From Methanobrevibacter sp. (GTDB taxonomy: Archaea; Methanobacteriota; Methanobacteria; Methanobacteriales; Methanobacteriaceae), in NCBI RefSeq assembly GCF_017447225.1, contig NZ_JAFSNZ010000043.1, positions 1,533 to 65,532 on the forward strand: DNA of 64,000 bases. Reading direction: 5' to 3'. Positions 48,118-56,659 of this stretch are shown here, piece after piece. The notes under the pieces were generated by a model that saw only the letters and a list, made by a program, of their open reading frames with translations, did no database searches and was not told where the DNA came from. Both the position numbers and the translations under genes were made by a program. Each line of letters starts with the position of its first letter. Within the stretch, counting starts at the first letter, position 1.

Positions 48118-48810
48118 ATGACCTTATCTTCAAAACTTAAAAAATTTCTAATTAATAACGGTGCAAACGAAGTAGGTTTTGCAGACATCACCAATTTTAC
48201 ACCAAAAAAAAGACTGAATACAGGAGTAGTTTTTTACATCACATATCCAAAAGAAATCATCAAAAATATGCAAAATGCACCGACACAAGAATATCTTGAG
48301 GAATTAATAAGTTTGAATACAAGATTAGACGCACTTGGAATGAAATGTGAAGATTTTCTCATTAATAAAGGATATGAAGCCTATGCTCAAACAAAAAAAA
48401 GATTAGGATCAGATTTTGGTGAAAATAACGGGTTTGAATTACCACATAAAACAATAGCTACCCGTTCAGGTCTTGGATGGATCGGCAAATCAGCATTATT
48501 TACCACATTCAAATATGGGTCTGCTTTAAGATTATCATCCGTATTAACTAATGCACCATTAACTATTGGAAAACCCATACTTAAATCAAAATGCGGAAAA
48601 TGTGAAATTTGTAAGGACGCCTGTCCTGGAGAAGCCATAACCGGGAAAGAATGGAACTATAAACTTAAAAGAAACGATTTTTATGATGATAAAAAATGTG
48701 AAAAATACGCCCTTATCATTTCTAAGGAAAATTTAGGAAAAGCAGATACCGTATGTGGAAAATGTATCTTTGCTTGCCCACATACTCAGAAGTATATTAA
48801 AAAATCATAA
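48118..48810 (+). CDS. 4Fe-4S dicluster protein, epoxyqueuosine-reductase (QueG)-like C-terminal half
   Basis: 230 aa. CGKCEICKDACP and CGKCIFACP ferredoxin motifs, and GLGWIGKSALF as in the QueG/RdhA superfamily. Too short to be a full QueG. Confidence 0.5.
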   Translation: MTLSSKLKKFLINNGANEVGFADITNFTPKKRLNTGVVFYITYPKEIIKNMQNAPTQEYLEELISLNTRLDALGMKCEDFLINKGYEAYAQTKKRLGSDFGENNGFELPHKTIATRSGLGWIGKSALFTTFKYGSALRLSSVLTNAPLTIGKPILKSKCGKCEICKDACPGEAITGKEWNYKLKRNDFYDDKKCEKYALIISKENLGKADTVCGKCIFACPHTQKYIKKS

Positions 48811-49368
48811 TTTTACAGCATATCTAAAATCAGTTGCTTGAGAATTAATTTTCAATTCATGAATTTGCTTATCCATATGAACAGTTTGAAGCTCATCCTC
48901 CGAATCCAGCGCAACAACAAATCCCATTTTTGTCCAGAATTCAATAGCTCCATCTAAATTTTTATGCGTATGCAAATAAATATCTTTAAAACCCACCTCA
49001 TTTGCAAATCTTTCAGCAATACAAAACATTTTAGACGCCAAACCACAACGCCTACATCTTCTATCTACAAATAATCTCCATATGCTTGATGTTATATCTT
49101 TAGAGTATAAATGTCTAAATTCTGGAAAATCTTTATCGTAAGCCCTTATTCCAATTGTTGCTATTATTTCACCGGTTTCTTCTGCATATGCTACAAAAAA
49201 ATTGTTTCTTTCAGAATTAATATAATATTCATCCATATGTACAATATCCTGATGCCATTCAGGAACATAATCATATCCAAATTCAATTTTAATCATTTTA
49301 AATAAAAATTCCTGAACATCATGAATTTGTTTTGGATTATTTCCTAATTCTTTAATTACAACATTCAT
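48805..49368 (-). CDS. GNAT family N-acetyltransferase (paralog B)
   Basis: 187 aa from MNVVIKELGN. CRRCGLASKMF acetyl-CoA motif. Paralog of 43706..44209. Its 3' end overlaps the convergent Fe-S gene by 6 nt. Confidence 0.75.
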   Translation of the reverse strand: MNVVIKELGNNPKQIHDVQEFLFKMIKIEFGYDYVPEWHQDIVHMDEYYINSERNNFFVAYAEETGEIIATIGIRAYDKDFPEFRHLYSKDITSSIWRLFVDRRCRRCGLASKMFCIAERFANEVGFKDIYLHTHKNLDGAIEFWTKMGFVVALDSEDELQTVHMDKQIHELKINSQATDFRYAVKL

Positions 49369-49389
49369 CATAACACCCAATTGAAAACT

Positions 49390-49426
49390 TATTACTTTAT
49401 AGTTAAAAATTATGTTATAAGTAATA
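49390..49426. promoter_or_regulatory. second copy of the TATTACT-N23-AGTAATA dyad, between GNAT paralog B and the ABC ATPase genes
   Basis: TATTACT at 49390-49396 and AGTAATA at 49420-49426, with the same 23-nt spacer as at 47818/47848. The flank ATAAGTAATACTTTTTT is identical over 17 nt to 47845-47861. Confidence 0.55.
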
Positions 49427-49514
49427 CTTTTTTATTGATTTTGAATAACTTTAATATTGATAAAGTACAAAATAGTATTTAAAAGTTATCATTTATTATC
49501 AAAAAGGTGATTTA

Positions 49515-50474
49515 ATGGAAAAATTATTAGATGTTGAAAATGTTTCAATTTCATTCATCCAATATACTAAAGGATTAAATCAGCGCGATTTAAAAGTTAT
49601 CACTGATTTAACATTAGATATATCTGAAGGAGAAATTTTGGCAGTATTGGGTTCAAGCGGTTCTGGAAAAAGCCTACTTGCACATGCAATATTTGGAATA
49701 CTTCCAGAAAATGCAAATTTAAATGGAAAAATCAAATTTAAAGGAAAAGAATTATCCCAAAAAGATAAAGAAGAAATAAGAGGTAAAGACATAGTTTTAG
49801 TACCTCAATCAGTAAACTTTTTAGACCCATTAATGAAAATTTCAGATCAAGCTATTGGACATACCGAAAGTGACAGTGAAAAAGCCGAAAAGAAATTGAA
49901 ACAGAGAGAAATCTTTGAACATTATAATTTAGGCCCCGAAGTAGATGATATGTACCCATTCCAATTATCCGGAGGAATGGCTAGAAGAGTGCTGGTTTCA
50001 ACCGCATTGCTGTCAGATCCGAAACTCGTTGTAGCAGATGAACCAACGCCAGGACTTGATGAAAAAACTGTAGAAGAAACATTAAATCATTTTAAACATA
50101 TGAAAGAAGATGGTATTGGAGTGCTTCTAATCACACATGACATTCATGCAGCATTGGATGTTGCAGACAGAATCGGAATATTCTATTCAGGTTATGTGAT
50201 AGAAATCGCTGAAACAAAAGACTTCTCCGGAGATGGAGAAAACCTGCTTCACCCATACACAAAGGCATTATACAAGGCACTGCCTGCAAACGGATTTGAA
50301 CTGACAAAAGGACATCAGCCACTACACGGAGAAATCCCTGAAGGATGTCCATATTACGACAGATGCGAAATGGCATTTGACAGATGCAAAAAAGAAAGAC
50401 CTCAGCTAATAAGCCTTGGAAACAAAAAAGTCAGATGCTTTAAATATGAAGAAGGTGAAATAAATGAAGCTTAA
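49515..50474 (+). CDS. ABC transporter ATP-binding protein (OppD/NikD type)
   Basis: 319 aa. Walker A GSSGSGKS, signature LSGGMARR, Walker B VVADEPT and the C-terminal Cys-rich oligopeptide-type extension (EGCPYYDRCEMAFDRC). AAAGGTGAT Shine-Dalgarno sequence. Confidence 0.85.
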   Translation: MEKLLDVENVSISFIQYTKGLNQRDLKVITDLTLDISEGEILAVLGSSGSGKSLLAHAIFGILPENANLNGKIKFKGKELSQKDKEEIRGKDIVLVPQSVNFLDPLMKISDQAIGHTESDSEKAEKKLKQREIFEHYNLGPEVDDMYPFQLSGGMARRVLVSTALLSDPKLVVADEPTPGLDEKTVEETLNHFKHMKEDGIGVLLITHDIHAALDVADRIGIFYSGYVIEIAETKDFSGDGENLLHPYTKALYKALPANGFELTKGHQPLHGEIPEGCPYYDRCEMAFDRCKKERPQLISLGNKKVRCFKYEEGEINEA

Positions 50475-51078
50475 GGCAGAAAATATCTCATTCAAATATC
50501 CGTCCGCCAAAGACTATATTTTAAAAGACATCAATCTGGAATTGGATAACAAAAAAATCATCGGACTGATTGGAGACAGCGGAAGCGGAAAATCAACATT
50601 ATGCAAAATACTTTCAGGTCATATTCAGAAATATGAAGGTGAAGTGAAATTCAATGATGAAAAACTTCCAAACAAAGGTTTCAAACCGGTTCAATTAATA
50701 TATCAACATCCTGAAAAGGTAATGAATCCCAAATGGAAAATGGATAAAGTGCTGTCTGAATCATGGGATGTAGATGATGCAACATTATCAGAATTCGGTA
50801 TTCAAAAATCCTGGCTGACACGTTTCCCACAGGAGCTGTCCGGCGGAGAACTTCAAAGATTTTCAGTTCTAAGAGCAGTGAATCCGAAAACACAGTTCCT
50901 GATAGCTGATGAGATGACAACGATGCTTGATGCGATAACACAAGTTCAAATCTTAGATTCAGTGATAAAAATAGTGAAACAGAGAGATATGGGATTTTTA
51001 CTTGTAAGTCACGATATGGATTTAGTAGACACCATATGTGATGATAAAATCTATTTCAAAGATATTAATGGTATCTAA
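50464..51078 (+). CDS. ABC transporter ATP-binding protein (short OppF/NikE type)
   Basis: 204 aa. Walker A GDSGSGKST, signature LSGGELQR, Walker B LIADEMT. 11-nt overlap with the preceding gene. Confidence 0.85.
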   Translation: MKLKAENISFKYPSAKDYILKDINLELDNKKIIGLIGDSGSGKSTLCKILSGHIQKYEGEVKFNDEKLPNKGFKPVQLIYQHPEKVMNPKWKMDKVLSESWDVDDATLSEFGIQKSWLTRFPQELSGGELQRFSVLRAVNPKTQFLIADEMTTMLDAITQVQILDSVIKIVKQRDMGFLLVSHDMDLVDTICDDKIYFKDINGI

Positions 51079-51099
51079 CCATAATATCAATTAATTTTT

Positions 51100-52134
51100 T
51101 TAATGATAACCTGAAAACCTTTTTAATTTAAGCAGTTTATCAACAAACAATACCAGCAGCCATGTACCTAAAACTACCATTATAGAAAGCAGAATTACTG
51201 AAAGTAAAGTTTGTGTACCTGTTGATGAAAGAGATTTGAAAATCTGAGATATTGGAATTAATATTGCCATATGAGCAAGATACATACCATAACTAGCCCT
51301 GCTTACTGAAGTTATAAAACGTTTTATTATAGATCTGTCCAATATAATATAATTCAAATTCTTAAAAAGCAGGAATACAGCTGAAGCTTGAATTATCTCT
51401 AAAAAGCTAATATCATAACCGGAACTCAGATAGATTGCATCATTTACAAAAAATATCGTTGAATCATGAAAAGTTAACTTTAAAAGGGTTGATATTGAAA
51501 ACAACATAATTGAAACCAGAATTATTTTATTTCTAGATATTTTAAATTCATAATTGGCTAAAAAATAGCCAAGAACAACATAAGATATTGGCAAGACAAA
51601 AAATCTTAAATCAAAAAATGTCCCATATCCCAAAATCACACAGACTGAATAAAAGACACTTGCAAACATCATTAGAATAATCATATATTTACATGCTTCA
51701 AAACCTTTATTTAAAATAAACTCATTGACAACAGGAATGATGAAATAAACTCCCATTATCATCCAAAAATACCAATTCCAACTTGCATTAAAAAATTGAT
51801 CAATTATTACAAACGGATAATCCTGAATCAATGTCCCTGAAATAAATAAAAAAGTGATTATTGTTATAATAATCCAGAAGATATATGGAAATACTATTCT
51901 GGAAAACCTTTTCTTTAAGAACTGACTGATTGAAATATCCTTATTCAAAAGCAACGTTCCAGTTATCATTAAAAAGACAGGAACAGCAAAACGAAAGATT
52001 TCAGACAGATAGGATATTCGAAAATTCAATATTTCACTGTGGCCCGTGAAACCACACAGATGAATAAATATAACTCCAAATATTGCGATAAATTTTAATA
52101 AATCAATGTAATAAATTCTATCATTTTTATACAT
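51100..52134 (-). CDS. acyltransferase family 3 membrane protein
   Basis: 344 aa. YIDLLKFIAIFGVIFIHL ... RFAVPVFLMITG parallels 1692..2684. Confidence 0.65.
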   Translation of the reverse strand: MYKNDRIYYIDLLKFIAIFGVIFIHLCGFTGHSEILNFRISYLSEIFRFAVPVFLMITGTLLLNKDISISQFLKKRFSRIVFPYIFWIIITIITFLFISGTLIQDYPFVIIDQFFNASWNWYFWMIMGVYFIIPVVNEFILNKGFEACKYMIILMMFASVFYSVCVILGYGTFFDLRFFVLPISYVVLGYFLANYEFKISRNKIILVSIMLFSISTLLKLTFHDSTIFFVNDAIYLSSGYDISFLEIIQASAVFLLFKNLNYIILDRSIIKRFITSVSRASYGMYLAHMAILIPISQIFKSLSSTGTQTLLSVILLSIMVVLGTWLLVLFVDKLLKLKRFSGYH

Positions 52135-52145
52135 TGATATATATT

Positions 52146-53507
52146 TTAACTGTCAAAATATATAAGCTTATTAATACATGAATTAGCCCAAATCAATGTA
52201 ACATTATTTGATACAACCTCACCAAGGACAATACCCATCCAGGCACCCCAAACACCCCATCCAAATACTAAAGTGAACAATAAGGCAAAGCACAACGTGA
52301 AACCTGTTTCTCTTAAAATTGTCTGAAACATCGCAGTTATTCCACGTCCGACACCCTGGAAAACATAAGTTGAAGCTACCCCTACAGCCATTGTCGGATA
52401 GTAAAGCACAATCCACATCAGAAAGCTTGTTAACTCACTTGATATTCTTGCACTGCTTCCGGAAGCAAATACTGATGCGATTTGGGGAGCAAAAACAATC
52501 GTTAAAATCATCACGATAACTGCAAAAATCATTGATATTTTCATTGAGTATCTGTGAGCGATTCTGATATTTTCGTAATTGCGGGCACCATAATTAGCTG
52601 CAATAACTGATACCAGAGCGGTTCCGATAGCCAAAATCGGAGTTGTTCCTATTGTAACAACTCTCCAGCCTGTGGAATATACTGCAACGGAATCTGTTGA
52701 TGATATGAATGCAAGAAGCGCTGAAAATACTGCTGCAAAAAATGCATTGTTGAGAAGCTGCAGGCTTGCCGGAAGCCCTACTTTTATGATATCAAATGTT
52801 ATCTCTTTTTTAAACTTGAAATTAGCTAAATTTGGCTTTAAATAAGTGTCCTTTTTAATGTAAAACCAGTAACTTAAGACAAGTATCACAAACAATGATG
52901 AAATCAGAGTTGCAACAGCCGCACCCGTTACTCCCAAGCCCAATGTGTAAATAAATATGGGATCCAATATAATATTCAAAACGGCAGATGCAATCATTGC
53001 ATACATCGGTCTTGATGAGTCACCTTCGCCTCTGAAAATTCCGTATAATGCATTGGACAATATTACAAATACTGAACCTGTGACAATAACAGCACCATAG
53101 TCCATTGCGAAGTCAACAGTCTGGCCGGCACCCATCAGAATCAGAATATCTTTTAAGAACACTAACAAAATAATAGTTAAAATAATTGAAATGACAATTG
53201 TGATTAATATCGAATGTATTGAACCGTTGTCCGCTTTCTGTTTGTTTTTCTCACCGATATATTTGGATAATGCAAAAGCGGAACCTGCACCAAGCCCGTT
53301 ACCGAATCCTATTAAAATCATGAATATTGGAGTTACAAATCCGACGCCTGCAAGGGCATCCGCTCCAAGCGAAGACACCCACATCGCATCAATGAGATTG
53401 TATAAACTTGATATTAATAGCGATATAATTAAAGGTATTGACATGCTTAACAGTGCCTTTTTAGGGTTTCCAAGCAATACATCAACATTATTTTCACTAA
53501 ACATCAA
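52146..53507 (-). CDS. MATE family efflux transporter
   Basis: 453 aa, 12 TM helices. N-terminal LLGNPKKALLSMSIPLIISLLISSLYNLIDAMWVSSLG is a typical MatE repeat start. Confidence 0.8.
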   Translation of the reverse strand: MMFSENNVDVLLGNPKKALLSMSIPLIISLLISSLYNLIDAMWVSSLGADALAGVGFVTPIFMILIGFGNGLGAGSAFALSKYIGEKNKQKADNGSIHSILITIVISIILTIILLVFLKDILILMGAGQTVDFAMDYGAVIVTGSVFVILSNALYGIFRGEGDSSRPMYAMIASAVLNIILDPIFIYTLGLGVTGAAVATLISSLFVILVLSYWFYIKKDTYLKPNLANFKFKKEITFDIIKVGLPASLQLLNNAFFAAVFSALLAFISSTDSVAVYSTGWRVVTIGTTPILAIGTALVSVIAANYGARNYENIRIAHRYSMKISMIFAVIVMILTIVFAPQIASVFASGSSARISSELTSFLMWIVLYYPTMAVGVASTYVFQGVGRGITAMFQTILRETGFTLCFALLFTLVFGWGVWGAWMGIVLGEVVSNNVTLIWANSCINKLIYFDS

Positions 53508-53579
53508 TAATAATATGTCAGAAAAGTAAATAAAATTTTTTGATAAATGGTTAAAAAAAAGTTATGAAATGAAGAAAGA

Positions 53580-53858
53580 TTATTCTTCTTCATCTTCAGA
53601 TACGTAGATTTCTTTTTTGACTTCAGAGTTTGCATCGACAACAATGTCTTCAGCGTTTTCTCTCATGTCCTGGAATGCTTCTTCAGCGTCCCTTTTAGCA
53701 GACATAACTGCAGCCATTCCTTTGGTGGTTGCTTCTTTAACTGCTTCAGATTCCAATACTTTTTTACCTACGATAGCTGTTGCAACACCTGCTGCAAAGA
53801 TTAATACATGCTTGTGTTTTAAAGCTTCATCAACATATCTTCTTACCATATTTTTCAT
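53580..53858 (-). CDS. small hypothetical protein with one hydrophobic helix and an acidic tail
   Basis: 92 aa (VLIFAAGVATAIVGKKVL ... VSEDEEE). Lies directly downstream of the metal ATPase. No family assigned. Confidence 0.4.
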   Translation of the reverse strand: MKNMVRRYVDEALKHKHVLIFAAGVATAIVGKKVLESEAVKEATTKGMAAVMSAKRDAEEAFQDMRENAEDIVVDANSEVKKEIYVSEDEEE

Positions 53859-53889
53859 CTCCCAAATGTCAAATTTTCAAATATAAAAA

Positions 53890-53907
53890 TTAAGTAATAT
53901 TACTTAA
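53890..53907. promoter_or_regulatory. perfect 18-bp palindrome TTAAGTAATATTACTTAA upstream of the small gene
   Basis: Read directly. It lies 32 nt upstream of the ATG at 53858 and is built from the same AGTAATA/TATTACT words as the ABC-locus dyads. About one such palindrome per window could arise by chance in this AT-rich DNA. Confidence 0.3.
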
Positions 53908-54053
53908 ATATAGGTTAGTACATTTTAGTATATAAATTATTCGATTTTTAGAGCTTTTTTAGGCTAAACAAATAATTAAATTTAGTTATATCAAAATTAG
54001 GCTTGTCTAAATTATTTAAATTTTTAGTAATGCCAAAAAATGAAAAAGTAAAA

Positions 54054-56642
54054 TTAGAATAGTGGATCTTTCACCATTCCAATTCTAAATGAATTCAGGA
54101 TAACCAAAAGGGTTAATCCCAAGTCTCCGAAACCTACAGACATCATCAATGTGATTATTCCCAGAATAGCCAATACTACACAGAGTAACTTAACTGCAAT
54201 AGCTACTGTAATGTTCTGTTTGATGATGCTCATTGTCTTATGGCTTAAAGAGAACAGGTAAGGCAATTTGGAAATATCATCCTGCATTAATGCAACATCA
54301 GCTGTTTCAATAGCAACATCAGATCCTGCAGCACCCATAGCAATACCGATATTAGCTCTCGCAAGTGCCGGTGCATCGTTAATACCGTCACCAACCATAG
54401 CAACATCACCGAATTTATTTCTGATTGTATCCAGGATATTCAATTTGTCTTCAGGCATCAGATTTGAATAAACATATTTTATTCCAATCTCATCTGCAAC
54501 CTTGTGAGCGGCAATCTTGTTATCACCTGTCAACATTACTGTCTGTACTCCCTGTTTATTTAAATCAGCAATGACTTCTGATGCGTTGTCCCTGATTTTA
54601 TCGGATACTGTAATTAATGCCAAAACATTTTGTGAGTTTCCGACAAATACCACAGTTTTTCCTTCTGCAGAGTATTTGTTGACATCATCATGTGAAATTT
54701 CAAAGCTGCTGCCTTCAATCAGTGATTCGTTGGCTGCGTAATACTGTTCGCCATCAATGAATCCCACAATTCCTTTACCAGGAACGTTTTTGAAATCGCT
54801 TATTTCTTCAAATTCTATGTCATTTAATGTAGCATAATTTACAATAGCCTGTGCAATAGGGTGTGAAGACTGGTTTTCCAGAGACGCTGCAATTTTAACA
54901 GCATCATCTTTTGAGATTGAATCATCTAAAACTTCAATTTCACTTAATTCCAATTTACCTTCTGTTAATGTACCTGTTTTATCAAATATGACTGCTTTTA
55001 TCCCTTTCATTTCCTCAACATATGTACTTCCCTTAATCAAAACACCGTTTCTGGTAGCGGAAGTAATAGCAGACACCATACCGACAGGTGTTGAAATCAG
55101 GAATGCACAAGGACATGAAATTACCAGAAGTGAAAGTGCCTTATAAATCCAGTCAATCAAATTCTGACCGAATAACAATGGAGGAATGAATGCGACACAA
55201 GCTGCAGCAACCATCATGACAGGAGTATAATATTTAGCAACTTTTTCAACTAAAGACTCTGTTTCAGATCTGTTGAGCTGTGATCTTTTGACTAAAGTTA
55301 CAATCTTGGAAATTACAGAATCCTTTGCCTTTTTAGTTACAACCATTTCAAAGTATCCATCTTCGTTAACAGTTCCTGAAAATACCTCATCACCAACTTC
55401 CTTAAGGACAGGAACACTTTCACCAGTAATTGAAGCCTGATTGACTGAAGATGAACCTGAAATAACATTACCGTCCAATGGAACTTTATCTCCAGGTTTA
55501 ACAATTACAATATCGCCGATGTTTACGTCATCAACATTTTTCAGCTCTTCGGAATCCCCCACTTTAACTCTAGCGGTTTCAGGAGCGATTTCGACTAAGG
55601 ATTTGATTGAACGTTTAGCTCTGTGTTCAGCATAGTCTTCAAGGAATTCTGCAATATAGTAAAGGAATGTTACAGCAGCACCTTCTTCAGGGTGTCCAAT
55701 GATAAATGAAGCAACACAAGCAATACACATAAGCATTGCCGGACCGACAGTGTGCCTTTTAACCAATGACCTGTAAGCCATTCCTGCAATTTCATAACCT
55801 GCAATTATAGCTGCAATCATGAAAATGATTGTGACAACAGTTGAATTGAATGATAAGAATTCTAAAATGTGGCCTGCTGCAAACATGATTCCGCTTGCAA
55901 CGATGATTTGGATAGGTCTGTTAGCTATTAAAGGTTTTCCTTCAGCTAAAAGTTCCTCTTCCTCATGTCCGTGATCATGGTCATGGTCATCATCTGCACA
56001 GTCAGGACAACCGCAAATGCTTATTTCCACATCATCGTCATCGTGGTCATGGCAGGAACAATCCGGGTCTGAACAGGTATCCTTTTCTTCATGTTCATGG
56101 TCGTGGTCATGACAATCACAATCCGGGTCACTACAGGAATCCTCTTCATGCTCATGCTCATCAGAACAACAATCATCATCACAACAAGAATCCTCATGCT
56201 CGTGTTCATGCTCATGCTCGTGTTCATGCTCATGCTCATCAGAACAACAATCATCATCACAACAAGAATCCTCATGTTCATGTTCATGTTCATGGTCGTG
56301 ATCATGACAATCACAATCAGGATCGCTACAGGAATCCTCCTCTTCATGCTCATGCTCATGATGATGTTCATGGTCGTGGTCGTGATCATGGTCATCTGCA
56401 CAGTCAGGACAGCCACAAATGTTTATATCCACGTCTTCATCATAATCTATTTCTTCTCTGTGATCATGCACACTTAAATCTGTATTTGCTTGATAATCTC
56501 TTAATAATTGTTTATCAAAGTGCTGTCTATTCTCACAGTGAATTTCCTCACAATTAGGATCAAAACAAATGAAATTGAAATGTTCTGGATTGTGACAGTC
56601 TTTATCATCACAATCATGTTCATAACACTTATTTTCTGTCAT
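54054..56642 (-). CDS. heavy-metal translocating P1B-type ATPase (Cd/Zn/Co/Pb class) with a His/Cys/Asp/Glu-rich N-terminal domain
   Basis: 862 aa. TM6 CPC (LLVISCPCAFLISTPV), phosphorylation site FDKTGTLT, SSHPIAQAI and hinge VGDGINDAPAL. No ferredoxin-fold HMA (GMxCxxC) domain is visible; the first ~230 aa are low-complexity metal-ligand repeats. Confidence 0.9.
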   Translation of the reverse strand: MTENKCYEHDCDDKDCHNPEHFNFICFDPNCEEIHCENRQHFDKQLLRDYQANTDLSVHDHREEIDYDEDVDINICGCPDCADDHDHDHDHEHHHEHEHEEEDSCSDPDCDCHDHDHEHEHEHEDSCCDDDCCSDEHEHEHEHEHEHEHEDSCCDDDCCSDEHEHEEDSCSDPDCDCHDHDHEHEEKDTCSDPDCSCHDHDDDDVEISICGCPDCADDDHDHDHGHEEEELLAEGKPLIANRPIQIIVASGIMFAAGHILEFLSFNSTVVTIIFMIAAIIAGYEIAGMAYRSLVKRHTVGPAMLMCIACVASFIIGHPEEGAAVTFLYYIAEFLEDYAEHRAKRSIKSLVEIAPETARVKVGDSEELKNVDDVNIGDIVIVKPGDKVPLDGNVISGSSSVNQASITGESVPVLKEVGDEVFSGTVNEDGYFEMVVTKKAKDSVISKIVTLVKRSQLNRSETESLVEKVAKYYTPVMMVAAACVAFIPPLLFGQNLIDWIYKALSLLVISCPCAFLISTPVGMVSAITSATRNGVLIKGSTYVEEMKGIKAVIFDKTGTLTEGKLELSEIEVLDDSISKDDAVKIAASLENQSSHPIAQAIVNYATLNDIEFEEISDFKNVPGKGIVGFIDGEQYYAANESLIEGSSFEISHDDVNKYSAEGKTVVFVGNSQNVLALITVSDKIRDNASEVIADLNKQGVQTVMLTGDNKIAAHKVADEIGIKYVYSNLMPEDKLNILDTIRNKFGDVAMVGDGINDAPALARANIGIAMGAAGSDVAIETADVALMQDDISKLPYLFSLSHKTMSIIKQNITVAIAVKLLCVVLAILGIITLMMSVGFGDLGLTLLVILNSFRIGMVKDPLF
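55962..56423 (-). repeat. in-frame repetitive DNA encoding the HEHE/DSCC/CGCPDC metal-ligand modules
   Basis: A near-identical ~50-nt block (catgctcatgctcatcagaacaacaatcatcatcacaacaagaatcctcatg) occurs twice, starting near 56148 and 56225. Other cat/gtc/aca-rich units recur throughout. Confidence 0.8.
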
Positions 56643-56659
56643 TTAAAACACCATTAAAT

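Noticed and set aside
56021-56477. Two ORFs (131 aa on the minus strand in another frame, 128 aa on the plus strand) composed of M/I/V/T repeats
   Set aside because: Both lie entirely inside the HEHE/DSCC repeat region of the P-type ATPase. They are alternative-frame and antisense readings of the same cat/gtc/atc-rich repeat DNA. They have no independent start context and a non-protein-like composition.
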